From contig NEEC01000007.1 of NCBI GenBank assembly GCA_002189035.1, positions 310,001 through 374,000 on the forward strand: 64,000 nucleotides of DNA, given 5' to 3'. Position 1 is the stretch's first letter. The number at the start of each line of letters is the position of its first letter. A model generated the notes under the pieces. It saw only the letters and a program-made list of their open reading frames with translations, was not told the DNA's origin and ran no database searches. A program made the position numbers and the translations under genes. This stretch comes from Utricularia gibba. Taxonomy: Eukaryota; Plantae; Magnoliophyta. Of the stretch, positions 10,586 to 23,647 are shown one piece after another.

Positions 10586-12622
10586 ATGTACATGAGAGCG
10601 ATTAAGGAAGGGTTGAAACTTCAAGCCCAGGCTATAAAATCTGGTGTTCCCCTGAAAATTGTGACCGTCAATCAGCTTATCGATTTGTACTCGAAGAATG
10701 GACTTCCGGAGGAAGCCCAGAAACTGTTCGACGGAATGCCTGAGCGAAACGCGTACTCGTGGAACGCCCTGATAAATGCCGCTATCAAGTCCCGTGATTT
10801 GAGTAAAGCGAAGAGCATTTTCTACTCTTGTCCTTGTAAGGACACAGTCTCTTACAATTCGTTGCTATCTGGGTATGCACGTGCTGATGGTTATGAGGCT
10901 GACGCTGTTGATTTGTTTGTTGAAATGCGGAGTAATGCTAGCTCAGTTGAAACTGACGAGTTCACACTTACTACGATTCTTAATTTGGTGGCCAAGTTGA
11001 GGGCTTTGAGTTGTGGGAGGGAGGTACATTGTTTCATGGTAAAGAGTGGAAATGATATTAGTGTATTTGCATTGAGTTCTTTGATAGACATGTACTCAAA
11101 GAGTGGCAGTTTTTCGGATGCTTTCAGAGTTGTTAATGGTCCTGATTTATTTGATGTAGTTGTTATGAACTCATTGCTTGCAGCCTGCTGTAGAGAAGGT
11201 GAACTGGAGATAGCTAAGGATATATTTTTCAGTAATCCGGAGCTAAGAGATGATGTTACTTGGAATACAATGATTTCAGGTTTTGCTCAAAATGGCTTTG
11301 CCAATGAGACCATTGGGTTTTTCAAGCAAATGTGGGATGAGGGTTTTCGTTGGAATGAACATTCGTTTGGTGGACTTTTGACTGCCTGTTCTACTTTGAA
11401 GAGTATGAATATGGGAAAAGAAGTTCATGCATGGGTATTGAAGGAGGGCACTTTTTTGAATCCATTCATAAATAGTGGAATTGTTGATATCTATTCACGT
11501 TGTGGTAGCATGAAGTATGCAGAGAGTGTTTACTGTAGATATGGAAAGTTCAATATTTTTGCAATGACATCAATGATAGTGGGATATTCAGCAAAAGGGG
11601 AAATGCTCAAGGCAAGATACCTTTTTGATTCATTATCTGAGAAGAACTTTGTTATTTGGACTGCAATCATCTCTGGTTATGTGAACTCGTTACAATGTGA
11701 GGAAGCTTTCTTTCTTTTCCGGGAATACATGGCAAATGCAACTGCTGTCCCAGATCATGTGATCCTCGTAAGTCTTCTTGGTGCATGCTCTGTACAGGCC
11801 AGTGTCTCCCCCGGGAAACAAATTCATGCTTTCATAATGAGAACGGGAATTGTGGCAGATGTGAAAACAGTGAGTGCTCTCATTGATATGTATTCGAAGT
11901 GTGGATTCCTCCCGTATGCCTGTAGTATCTTCAAAGAATCCGTTGAAAAGGATACCGTGATCTACAATGTCATGATCTCTGCATATGCTCATCATGGATA
12001 TCAACATCAAGCAATTCTCCTTTTTGAGGAGACGTTGAAGCAAGGTCTTCAACCAGATGCTGTAACCTTCATAGCGCTTCTGTCAGTCTGTCGCCACCGA
12101 GGATTAGTTGAAGCCGGTGAAAAGTATTTCAGATCAATGACCAAAGACTACAGAATCTCCCCTGAAACTGATCACTACGCATGCATGGTAGACATGTATG
12201 GAAGGTCTAACAATCTAGACAAGGCTATTTCCTTCATGAAAGAAATGCCTTTCGAGCCAGACTCCATTATCCTGAGTGCATTCTTGAATGGTTGTAGAGC
12301 AAACAGAAATCCGGAACTCGCAAGAATAGCTGAGGAAAAGCTACTCGCGAATGGAGGAGATAGTGGTGGGAGGTATTTTCAGCTTGCCAGCATCTATGCG
12401 GCCGGAGGAAAATGGGAGGAGATGGGAAGAGTGATGAGAGCAATGAGAGGGAAGGAAGCAAAGAAGCTCGCTGGTTGCAGTTGGGTTCACATTGGCCCTG
12501 AACTTCATGCTTTCAGGTCTGGAGATCCTTCACACACCATTGCTGAAGCTGTAAGTTCAATTACCCGCTGCTTGATGACTAGTGAACAGTGTCATCACAA
12601 TGAAATCTTCTTGACAGCATAG
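10586..12622 (+). CDS. PLS-class PPR protein, E/E+ subclass (no DYW), intronless
   Basis: Long ORF with repeated PLS motifs (NQLIDLYSK, VSYNSLLSGYA, SALIDMYSKCG, HYACMVDMYGRS) and an E domain ending KKLAGCSWVHIG. Start is ATG 10586 or 10592. From memory it resembles At3g18840. Confidence 0.95.
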   Translation: MYMRAIKEGLKLQAQAIKSGVPLKIVTVNQLIDLYSKNGLPEEAQKLFDGMPERNAYSWNALINAAIKSRDLSKAKSIFYSCPCKDTVSYNSLLSGYARADGYEADAVDLFVEMRSNASSVETDEFTLTTILNLVAKLRALSCGREVHCFMVKSGNDISVFALSSLIDMYSKSGSFSDAFRVVNGPDLFDVVVMNSLLAACCREGELEIAKDIFFSNPELRDDVTWNTMISGFAQNGFANETIGFFKQMWDEGFRWNEHSFGGLLTACSTLKSMNMGKEVHAWVLKEGTFLNPFINSGIVDIYSRCGSMKYAESVYCRYGKFNIFAMTSMIVGYSAKGEMLKARYLFDSLSEKNFVIWTAIISGYVNSLQCEEAFFLFREYMANATAVPDHVILVSLLGACSVQASVSPGKQIHAFIMRTGIVADVKTVSALIDMYSKCGFLPYACSIFKESVEKDTVIYNVMISAYAHHGYQHQAILLFEETLKQGLQPDAVTFIALLSVCRHRGLVEAGEKYFRSMTKDYRISPETDHYACMVDMYGRSNNLDKAISFMKEMPFEPDSIILSAFLNGCRANRNPELARIAEEKLLANGGDSGGRYFQLASIYAAGGKWEEMGRVMRAMRGKEAKKLAGCSWVHIGPELHAFRSGDPSHTIAEAVSSITRCLMTSEQCHHNEIFLTA

Positions 12623-12926
12623 TGTAGTGTAAAATGTACATGGATTTTCAAAACACTATTTGGTCAGATTTCCATTACCAGACAACCGTTGCTGTTATAT
12701 TCTTGTCGCAAGGCACAAAAGAGGCCTCGTAGGTGCAATTTACCGTTGTAATTGTGAGGAACACTTTTTATGTTCTCACTCTTAATTTTCTTTTCAAACA
12801 TTACATGTGAAATTGCGAGTATAATCAGGAAAGCAATAAATAATTGCAGGTTCACTGGATGTTCTACAAAATGGAAACCAAACACAGCCAGCTCCTGCAA
12901 AAAGGTTCACTGGTAATTTTCAAGCT

Positions 12927-15399
12927 TCATCTCTTTCTTCCACCACGTTCTCTGAGAGAAAGCGCGAGGGTCTCTCCAGAAGAGATATTGTAATATGCAA
13001 GTGACAGATTGTCTTTGAGAAAACCAGCCTTCCCACTCAGCTTCTGTTTGTTAGCAGGAAGCTGAATCTCGCCTGCAATTTTCTCTTTCAAGTTACCAAC
13101 TGTCTCGGACAATGATTGCATCGTAATTTCCAGCATCTGCCCTTTCAGATTTCCTTCATCGACGTTGGGCACGGCTATGGTGATTCTAGCAGGACCCTGT
13201 ATACGCAAAACGCATCTCATTAACTACAAGAATCTGGCCGTTCTTTGCAGTAACCTACACAGAAACTGAGTATGAACATACCATGTGGCGAGCCAGAAAC
13301 TGATCATCTGGAATGAGTATGGGGCCATCCATCTTTTGCTTTTTGGGCTCTGGTTCATCAGGAAGTGGTGGGGGCTCCTCAGACGGAGGCGGAGGAGGCA
13401 TTCCTTGGGGCATTGGAGGTGGATGAAACATAGGCATGCCAGGCTGTGGTGGGATAAAAGGCCTTGAAATACCCATCGGATTGAACTGTGATCCAGGCGG
13501 TGGAGGAACTGACATGTTTGGGAGCTGCATGGATGGAGGCATCGGAGCAACATTGCCCATAAATTGCTGTCCGTGCATTAATGGCAATGAAGGCGGAGGT
13601 GGATGAAGAGTCGGAATTGTTGGTGGCCCAGGTGCTGGTGGAGCCATCATCCCACCACCAGGTTGATTGGAGTACTGGACTAATGCGGGTCTAGGAATGT
13701 TCAAAGCTAAACCAGGTGGTGGAGGCATTGGCCTAACAGGTAAAACTCCGGGTTTAGGCGGGGGAGGTTGTGCACCTGGAAAGCTGATTCCATCACCAAT
13801 TGAAGCATCAGGCATTTCATCCGTGTGAGACAATGCCTGGCTAGCTGCAAGACCAACACTTCCCGCGTGGCCATCCCATATAACTTGTTTTGGTTGGTCA
13901 TCTTTCTTCTTCTCAATCTCTGCTTTTACAGCATTTGAAACTTCTTCCTCAGTGGTGCCAAAGATGTCAGGTCGGGTTCTTGCAAGACCCACGATGTTTC
14001 TTGAGATCTCATCATCTGCAGCCAGAGTTGTTTCTCTAATTTTTGCAAACATTTTGTCTTTCTGCTCCTTGTACTTGGGATCGATAAGAGAAATCCGCAT
14101 GTGCTCTGACATCTCACTGATAGGAATCAGTTCCTGAGTTATTGGCGATACAACATATTTTGTTGGATCCCTTTCAGCGGGGATTCGTTCTTCCGGCCTC
14201 TTCCAGTTTTTCACAATTCTCATAGGCGGTTCCTTTTCATCAGAAATCACCCTCGTTCCATTGTTCTTCATCTCAATATGATCTTCCAGAGTAGCTGCTC
14301 TCATACCCTCCTCCACAAGTTGAGCCTCTTCTTCATCCATTTCCATTTCAACTTCTTTTCCGGGCTCAGCAATCTCTTCTTCTTCCATTGCAGTCACCTT
14401 GCTTCTTCTAATCACCTCATCCAGCGTCATTGGAAATGGCAAATCCTCATCCTCATCATCGGCAAAATCAATTGTCTCAACAACAACAAAATCATGCCAA
14501 TCAATCATAGCCATCTGTATACGTTCTTCTTCTATCTCATCTTCCGCTTTTTGCCTAGCCTGTTCTTGAGAGCGCTCCCATTCAAGACGATGCAAGCAGC
14601 GCTCCAAAACCACAGTCCTATCCGCAACACTATTCCTTAGCTTATCAGTCAAGCCTTTTGGTGGCATTAGCACCTTCGAATACGCATCAGCAAGCGAAGT
14701 AAAGAACATGAACAAACTATGAGTTGGCCTGAGAAAATGGAATTGCGGATTCGTGCTTTCCCTACTGGTTAGACCAGTCAAGAAAGACTTGCCATTTCGG
14801 GCCACGAATTGGGCAGTGAGTTTAATTATATCCAGCTCCTCTCCAGTAATCCCTTCAGGTAATCTAACAGTATACTGCTCTGCCTCGGGTGGCTCAAGAA
14901 CTTTCCGGACAGGTCGAAACTGAGCCGAAGGATCAGGCTTTGCAGGTGCCACGACGCTCGCCTCAGTAGCTGGTACAGTAGCAACCAACTCCGGAGCACT
15001 TTCAGGCTGCTCCGGCGCAGATGATTGGTTCTGAGCTCGAGCCTCAGACAAACGATGCTGATAATAGCCATGGTAGGGATCAGAAGGGCGCAAGAAGTTG
15101 AATTTGGCGTTACCTTCATTGTTGGCTATAATCCGCTTCTCAAATTCCGGTCCATTTTTACCAACGAACTGAGCAGTCGTATCCACAATGTTCCTGATAT
15201 CGGGAGGTGGATGTATGATCCCAATTGCTTTTGTATGAGTTGCTACAGAAGGAACATCAGAATTAGCTCTACCACTAACCAAATCCTCGGTAGCTCCATG
15301 CTCGTTGGAATCCCCAGTGACCTGAGCAGCGGGGAGTGGACCTAGGTCTCCGTCAACCGGCGGAGCCGGAAGCGGCAATATCGGCAGCGAACCCAGCAT
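12927..15399 (-). CDS. SF3A1: Splicing factor 3A subunit 1 (PRP21 homologue), 2 exons (intron 13197-13281)
   Basis: Two SURP/SWAP domains (IRNIVDTTAQFVGKNGPEFE; IIKLTAQFVARNGKSFL...QFHFLRPTHS), PRP21-like region (IDWHDFVVVETIDF), Pro-rich tract and a C-terminal ubiquitin-like domain ending LRERGGRKR. Confidence 0.97.
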
Positions 15400-15522
15400 C
15401 TTCTACAAGAACATGCAGAAGCTCTCGAAACCCTAGGTTGCGGGAAGTCGCAAGATTGAATTGAAGCCTTGGAGAAACTTTTCAGAAAATGCTTTCAAAT
15501 GACGACCCCAAAATACAAAAAT

Positions 15523-15585
15523 AGGCCCATTTTCATACTTACCGAGAAATAACAAGTAGGCCCATTAACGCCATTGAGCCCAAAA
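15523..15585. promoter_or_regulatory. Site II elements in the SF3A1/PTAC14 divergent promoter
   Basis: AGGCCCATT twice plus GAGCCCAAA in the 247 nt between the start codons. A telo-box-like AAACCCTAG lies at about 15428. Confidence 0.65.
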
Positions 15586-15646
15586 TAGCATTTTTTTTTC
15601 CTTCGCCGGGAGTTCAAATGGATGCCGTGGATAACGTTCTCCGGCA

Positions 15647-18600
15647 ATGGCTGCCTCCGTTTTGCCTCCGTTGTCCTACTTCATCCATGAGAAGAAGCAG
15701 GTAAGATTCTATAGCCGCCGTCCCCTATGACCCTTCTGGGCTAACTGTGAGAAATAAATGCTGCTGACCTCCATTTTTGCGTTGTTTACAGCAGCGACGG
15801 TTTTGTGTTTTTGGCGTATCCAAACCCGGAAACAGACACTTGAAAGCTGTTTCCGCTATTCTTTCCAATGTCGAGTATTCATCGGTCGATTCTCCTGAAA
15901 TTTCTACTTCGTTTCCTCTCTTTCAAGCACCTCCTGCGAGCGCTCCGATCACTCCTGCTTCTCTAGTACGGTGCTTTAATATAAATTCCTTTTTCCACGT
16001 CTTATTTATCGTTTTCATTGGGTCAGCTTGTAAAGTATCTAATTTTGAGCGTCATGTAAACAATGGAGCATGGATTAAGTCCTGCATGAATGCCCCAATT
16101 TCTCTCGTTCATATTCTGGGAAACTACTTAAAAGCTAGGGATCGATCAAGCTATGCGAGGTTAGCCTAGTAATCCATTATGGAATACTGGGGGAACTGTT
16201 GGCTTCTTGGAGAAAAATGCATCTTCTTTCGTCAAGCCAAATGGCATCAGCATTTTTGGATTTAGTTTTACTCTTCAGCTGAATTATACATAGCCGGTGA
16301 GGGACAATTTTAATTGAACTTATTTTTATTTATCTATATATTATGCAGCTTGAGCCAGCAGATCCAGATTTTTACAAGATAGGATATGCAAGGAGCATGA
16401 GGGCTTATGGAGTTGAATTCAGAGAAGGCCCTGATGGTTTTGGAGTCTATGCCTCCAAAGACATACAGCCTCTTCGTCGTGCAAGGGTAGTTTGTTCCTG
16501 GTGTTCCTATGTTGGCTTCTTGTAATGAGAATCTATTTGTAATATTCTGGTAACCTACGTGTTCTGCTGGACAGGTGATCATGGAGATACCATTGGAGTT
16601 GATGTTGACCATAAGCCAAGGGCTTCCTTGGATGTTTTCTCCTGATATCATTCCCGTTGGGCATCCTATCTTTGACATCATCAACTCAACCAATCCTGAG
16701 GTGAAGAGATTTTTATGTATTGCGATAAGGGATTGGCGTTTCCTCTTAAAGTCCCGTGTTAATATCAACTTAAAGCTAATTTTAGTTCATTTCATGACAT
16801 GTTCAAGTAGACAGACTGGGATCTACGGCTGGCATGCCTTCTTTTGTACGCATTTGATTGCAAGGATAACTTTTGGCAGCTGTATGGTGACTTCCTGCCT
16901 AGTAGTGATGAATGCACAAGCTTCCTTCTAGCTACAGAGGTTTGAAATATGTCTAAGCTTTCCAAGTTAAAATAGAGATGAAAGGTTCTATATAATTATG
17001 TGCATCATCTCATGACGTATAATTCTCTTCTACCCCTGTGGACAGGACGACCTCTCGGAGTTGCAGGATCAACACCTAGCCAAAAGATTGAAAGAACAGC
17101 AAAACCGAGCTTCTGAGTTTTGGGAGAAAAATTGGGTATATTTGTGCTTGTATTCTTCATACCATGGTTTTCTCCTATCTTTTTGGAACAAGTTGCTCAC
17201 CTTATAATTCGTCACTTCATTAGCACACAGCTGTGCCTCTTAAAGTTAAGCGCCTCGCACCAGAAAGAAGTAGATTCTTGTGGGCATTAAGCATGGCACA
17301 ATCTCGATGCATTAACAAGGAAGTTAGAATCGGAGCTCTGATTCATAAAGCAAACATGCTTGTACCTTATGCAGGTCAGCGTCTCCTCAGTGGTTTATTT
17401 ACATTGTTAAGTAGGTCACATATCCTTTAACTCATTATGCTCTATTTTCCCACGTTTCAGATATGTTGAATCATTCTTTTCAACCAAATTGTTTCTTCCA
17501 TTGGCGCTTCAAAGATAGAATGCTTGAGGTGATGATCAATGCTGGACAGGGAGTCAGAAGGGGAGATGAGGTATGTAGATACTTTGATGGGCATTCCCCT
17601 GTTTTTCTCAACAGGGAAATGACATGGCTAAACTTTCCATTTTGAATTTTTTTTTTCACACGATTGATCCTCAGGTAGTGGATAGCTGACAAATTCTGTT
17701 GCCTGAGACATCGAAGTTTCAAATATTGATCTATTACATTGCTCTCTTGTACGTGCAGATGACGATAAATTACATGGATGGAAAAATGAATGATTTTTTC
17801 ATGCAAAGATATGGATTTTCGTCTCCAGTGGTAATCTCATTTTACTTGTTGTTTATTCACTTTGGAGACTCACTGGCAGAAAGGCCACCAAATGAACCGT
17901 GATTGAGAACCTTGGTTGCAATCTTATGTATCTCATACTTGCTGTTTAATCATCTCTAGTCTTGCTCCTCTTTTTTGGTAGAATCCCTGGGATATGATCA
18001 ACTTCTCGGGTAATGCACGTATCCATTTGGATTCTTTCTTGTCCGTCTTCAACATATGTGGTTTCCCTGAAGAATATCATTACAATAGTAATGTCACACT
18101 CTTAACCGCTTGTTGATCAAATATGACATCTCAAAGTGGAAAACTGGAATGAGTTTTATTTGTGATTTACACAGGTAAAATAGCAAGTAGACAGAGTAGC
18201 TTCGTTGATGGGGCCATCATTGCTGCCGCAAGAACACTGCCGACTTGGTCAGACGGTGACATGCCTCCAGTACCTTGCATTGAAAGGAAAGCCGTGAAAG
18301 AGTTGCAAGATGAGTGTCGAAAAATGCTCATGAACTTTCCAACAACCGCAGTTCAGGACCAGCAAATTCTAGGTATGCTCTTGCCTAAAGTGGAAATGGC
18401 TTTATAACACTTCTAAACACAGCCAATCATGCTCTCACACAACACTCCATTCCCCTGTGCTGTTTTACTCATTTTTTCCATGGCTATGCTGTTTTAGAGT
18501 CGATGTCTGAAGGTAGGAGGACGCTCGAGGCTGCAATAAAGTGCGTTTCACGACAACTTGTATCATTTGATACGCACTCGAAAAAACCAGGCAGCCTAAA

Positions 18601-18716
18601 ACTCAATCTGATCCTCATGGTTTTTGTGTAAATTTAGGTACAGGATGCACCGGAAGCTCTTCATAGAGAAGGTCATTCAGGCGCTGGATACCTACCAAGA
18701 GCAAATACTATTCTGA
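15647..18716 (+). CDS. PTAC14: Plastid transcriptionally active 14 (SET-domain PEP-associated protein), multi-exon
   Basis: LEPADPDFYKIGYARSMRAYGVEFREGPDGFGVYASKD, IMEIPLELMLTI...PIGHP-type segment, DMLNHSFQPNC, FVDGAIIAAARTLPTWSD and the end YRMHRKLFIEKVIQALDTYQEQILF*. Exons join in frame. Confidence 0.95.
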
Positions 18717-19118
18717 TCAACAAGAGCATAACCAACCAAACTTCCACGAGACTTGAGATCCCTTGAAGTTGCAATGTTTGGTCACTGTGCACATAGCAGT
18801 AAAAGAATATAATTGGACTGAAGTGAAGAGCAGGGGTCAGCTTCATGCTTCCCCAGGGGCTCTTCAGCCGAGGACCGAGGACCATATATCTGGCTGCCGC
18901 CGGGGCCTGCGACGGCCGAGGACGAAATCCCAGCAAACACTTGGTTGTTTCATGTGCCATCCAAGAAGTACGGACTTGACTTCTGCAATGTGATTCGTTT
19001 TCATTAATGGTTCTTTCTTGTTTTTTTAAAGGCACTCGATTCAATCCTACCATTACATCAGGTACATTATGAATCATGGTACTCTCAGTCATATTCATGC
19101 CTGCATCTCTTCCCTTGC

Positions 19119-20407
19119 TTAAGCAGCGCTAAACGAGCTGAACGGAAGTGTCAGCTGTTCGAGCAGCGTCGTGATCGGAACCGTCAGCCGGGGCTCGTAG
19201 GGGAAGCCGTGCAGCTCGTCGATGCCGTTTCCGATCAAATACGGACACGGCGGAATCCAGGACCACTGTTTACTCAAAAAATCAAACAGCAGCAACTTCT
19301 CGGACCCTCTGATGAGTATCGCCACTGAATTCCATTGCGCGACGCACCCAAATCCTCTCCCATTTTCGATCTCTGCAAACTCGTTGTACAGTTGCTGCGG
19401 CATTCTCTCCATTTCCATCCACATTCCCCATTTTCATTCAGACTCCAGATCCGCAAACTTCTCGGTACGTTCAGTTTACTTTTTTCAACGGCTGCGATTA
19501 ACATCAGTCTTCCCCTGCTTTCCACCAGGCCAGGGGATCTCAGAAACCTGCGCATGGGAGCTTGGATTTTGCTCCATTGATTCGAAGAGATGTTATAGGA
19601 CAGAACTGAGAAAGGGCTGTAGTTCATGCAGTAAAACCTTCCTTCTACGTGAACCATCTTTCCAGATTCCAGACTACAGAGGCGGGGCAGCGTCGCGGTT
19701 GTTCCCCAAACGGAGTAAAACCCGCCTCCGTCAATGTGAAAGCTCTCCGATGTTAGATTCTTGACTGCGTATGGCGATATCAAATCGTCGCCTGCGAAGA
19801 CCAAGTCTATGGAGGAGTTGGTCACGGTTAAGCCGACAGAAGGACAGAGCCTTGGCCTTAACGTTGTTGGTAACTGGATAAACGTGCCCAGTAATGGATT
19901 TGAAAGAAGGATGGATTTTGATCCAGCTTCTTCAGAGACCCAGCAGATTAATCCACTGGACGTTGAAACAGGAGAAAACCCAGGTGGGATTGAAGGAAAC
20001 GAAATGCGGTACCACTTCGAAGTGTCAGGATCAAGGAGATAACCTTCGTAGGATTCTCTTGAGATGGGCATGCTGTTGCTGGAGGTCGAAACCGAGGCGT
20101 TTCTGTAAATGTGGCCTTTGAGGTTCTTCTGCTTGAAGAAGAGGAACCAATGGCGGGAAGGAGAAAGTTGGAGGTATAGCTCAAGAAAGGCATTGGAGAA
20201 TATGAGAGAGTACCATCTTTTGCAGACCGATCGGAATCGAAAGAAGGCGGGTGGCGGTAGAAAGACGAGAACGCGATCGATCAATCGCTGGGGGAGTCTG
20301 CTCCAAATCCTGAAGTTCATTGTGGAAGAGGTGCTGGAGGTTGAGTTGATGAAGGCGTTCAAAGAGTAGGTGATTGGTGGAGTGAATGGAGGATGGAAAG
20401 GATCCAT
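19119..20407 (-). CDS. UFO: F-box protein UNUSUAL FLORAL ORGANS / FIMBRIATA, intronless, with one frameshift at 19426-19429
   Basis: IWSRLPQRLIDRVLVFLPPPAFFRFRSVCKRWY F-box, DLISPYAVKNLTSESFHIDGGGFYSVWGTT, SKLNVPRSLRIW. The C-terminal part in the other frame reads WMEMERMPQQLY...WIPPCP...LHGFPYEPRL...LLEQLTLPF. Confidence 0.93.
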
Positions 20408-21568
20408 TTTGCAGGAAAAAGATTCGATCTTTGGAAGTGGGAAGTAACTCTTCTCAATTTCAGTGTTATTGCAAGAAAAAAACAGTTTATTGGAGTGGAG
20501 ATGGTTGGGACTTGGGAGTGAAGGGGTGTAAGTAAATGTGTTTATATAGGCAGAGGAGAAGTCCCACTTGCTCTGTTTTTATAGACAGGAGACAAGACTC
20601 ATGTAACAAATTGAAAGTTCACTATGGTTTTTTAGGTGAGAAATGAAAAGGGGAAATAAGTGGACTTTGATGGATACATCCATGAAGAATTTTCTGGAAG
20701 GAAATGAAGGATGTGAACCTGAGCTGACTACACAAAATAACTTCAGCCACAGCAAAGAATAGTGGGGAGCAATGTGAATTGAACAGGCGCAGTTCCCTTT
20801 GCAACTGATGAGTTAACATACTCTTTCAGAACTGGGAGTTGGATTTTGGTGAATTTTGGTGGCAGTGGTGAGTGAGTGATCGAAATTCAAGACCCCTTCA
20901 CAAAAGTCAGAGTCTTGTTCACATCAATCCTTTGTTAGTAGAAAAAGCAAGGATACCTGTTTATGGGAATTGTGGGCTTCCTCCAAGAAACCTCTTTTAA
21001 AAGGAAAACTCTTTCATCCCAAAGATGGAATGCTCCCCCCTCAAGAAAACCCCGTCAAGTTGTCAAGAAACAGTAGAGATCCCAACGCTTTCTTTGTGTT
21101 CAACTTGTCTGCTGATGCACAGACCACACACTGCACGGCTTTGTTGATGTGTTTTGACTTGTTATTCTGCACAAATATGGCGCCGTTTGTTCGGTGGGTG
21201 CTCCTTATTGTCTTGTGGGCACCAGCCACTCTTCATCTTAGTGCTAGGTGACGCAAACCACGAAGATCCATACTTGTTAGTATAAAGCACACCATATTGC
21301 TCTCTTGGGTATCCCTAAAGTCACTGGCGCGTTAACGTAACAGGGGAGCATCCATTCAAGGGAATCCCTGAGATTATCGTACAGATGGAGAAGAAATTAG
21401 AAAAGCTCTCCACAAATCGTTTAGAGCAAAAGTTACTCCACTAATGGGAGTGAATACTTTCATTTTGGGAGATCAGTAGACATAAGATCAAAATAAGATA
21501 GCCATGTTCTTATTAGAGTGGACAGGGGGGAGAGCTGTTGAAGGTAAATGTAACTGAGAGTTCATCAA

Positions 21569-23647
21569 TCAAAGAGATGAGAGCGCGGCCGACACATTGC
21601 GGATGAGTCTGTCATGAACAGGCTCCTGCACGAAGGCACAAATGGCTCTTTTGTTACATCTTCGGAGACCACTATCAGCAGAAGGTAAGGTGTACCTCAG
21701 TTGATGGGATTTCGAACTTTGAATTGGTTATTGTCTCGTACAACAGGATATACCTCCAGGCTAATTCACACACCAGCTCCTTCGGTGCATCAGGCAACAC
21801 CTTTCGCAATTGTCACCAAGAGTAACAATCATTAGATACATCCAGATGAACCAGAAAACTTTAAAAAAAAGTGCATCCTTGCGCATATTCATTACCTCAT
21901 CTTCGTAGGGGTTGCAATGATTCTTGAACCACAACCTCAGAAATTCCTTTAATAAAAAGATCAAGATATGAACTTGGCTACACCTATGCTATTTATGAAG
22001 TGGGGGAATATATGGATTGTGCAACTCCCTATCTGAATTACAAATAAGATTCACACACCTTGTCAATATTCTCAGGTTCAAGTCCTTTCTGAAAGCGCTC
22101 CTCATAGGTATCTGCAATCCAGTACCTGCTTGAGTCTGGTGTATGCACCTAAAAGAGATTATGCAAATTAGCACCAAGGCAGCGCCATGCAAAAGAGAAT
22201 AAATATTTAGTTTTCATCAGAAACGAACCTCATCTATTAAAAGAATTGTGCCATCTGCCCCTTTCCCAAACTCATATTTTGTATCAGCCAGTATCAGGCC
22301 ATGATCACGTGCAACTCGCTGAACAATCATAAAGTAGTTGTTGAGGTTGCAGTAAACTCAAAAACCTTACTCGCTCATGCATTTTTTTTAGTAATCTAAG
22401 TACCTGGCCATAAGCAAAAAGGTCTAATGCTGCTTTGCTTGCTTGATTGAACTCGGCTTCAGTCATCAGCCCTTGCTGAATAACCTGTGACACAAAATTT
22501 TATTAGATGTGTATAATCTGGGTGACCAAAATTAACAATATCAATCCAGTGCGCTGACTTCTTTGGGTGAGATGGGAACATCGTGATCAACAGCTTTTGT
22601 TGTTGGTGTAAGTATATTTTCCGGCAACTTTTGGCTTTTCACCATACCTACATCAGATATTTGCAACTGTATCATTGTGACATACATGAAGAAGATGGAG
22701 TTTGGTTATAACAGCAAACCTCACCATCAGGAAGAACATTGCCACAGTAATTACGAACACCTTTCTGGTAAACTGTCCAGAGTGATGTGTCAGTACTCCC
22801 AGTGATGTAGCCTCTAACTAAAAAAAAAAAAAACGTCTGTATTTCAACAGTGCCACAGGTTAGAAAGTGTCTTGTTTATAAAAATGAAAGTAAATTACCA
22901 ACAAATTCAACTGGGAATACTGAACACTTTTTAACAATAGTGACATTCCTATCCGGGGAGCAAAGAACTGCATTTGGAACAATGTGCTGAGTCCTATGAA
23001 ACCACCACAAACTTGTCTCATTGAGAACCTGAAATTCAATAACGCTGCATCACCAACGTCTAAGGGCAATATCTCTTCCAGCGAGACAGTGTCGAATACA
23101 AAACAGCAGATGGAAACACGGAAGGTCTAAAAAAATCCACCAAGCGCCACAAGTACCTGACCCTTAAAGGGAATCGAAGCAAGAACTCTATCAAACGCAC
23201 TTTGCCTATCGGTTGTGATCAGGACAAGATATTCTCCTCCATCATAAATATCTCTCACCTTCAAAAACAATTCTTTTGAACAATTCGTGGGTAACATTCC
23301 TAAAAAATAAAAAAAAAGCAAGAGCCAACCTTTCCTCTGGTCTTGGAACGAAGACGTGTAACAGTTGAATGAAGCTCTGTCTCCGAAAGACAACTACCAA
23401 CTGAGTTTTGAAGCGCGTTCATCAATTCTTCTTTCCTTCCGTTGTAGTTTCTCAATCCGACGATTGGTGTGGGCACAGTGCTGGGTTCTGATGATGAGAC
23501 CGCCATTGAAGGAAACCTTTTATGATTGTGATCCTCCATGATCGCTGTTTTCCAAGAACCCAGTGAACTCAAGGCGGAGTTGGCGCGCAAGAAGTGTCCT
23601 GAACTCAGGTGCCCGGAATAGTGCAAAGACCCACAATTCACTGCCAT
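21569..23647 (-). CDS. PUR7: Phosphoribosylaminoimidazole-succinocarboxamide (SAICAR) synthetase, chloroplast, multi-exon
   Basis: [87 protein letters not shown] and the end [10 protein letters not shown]. Confidence 0.95.
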
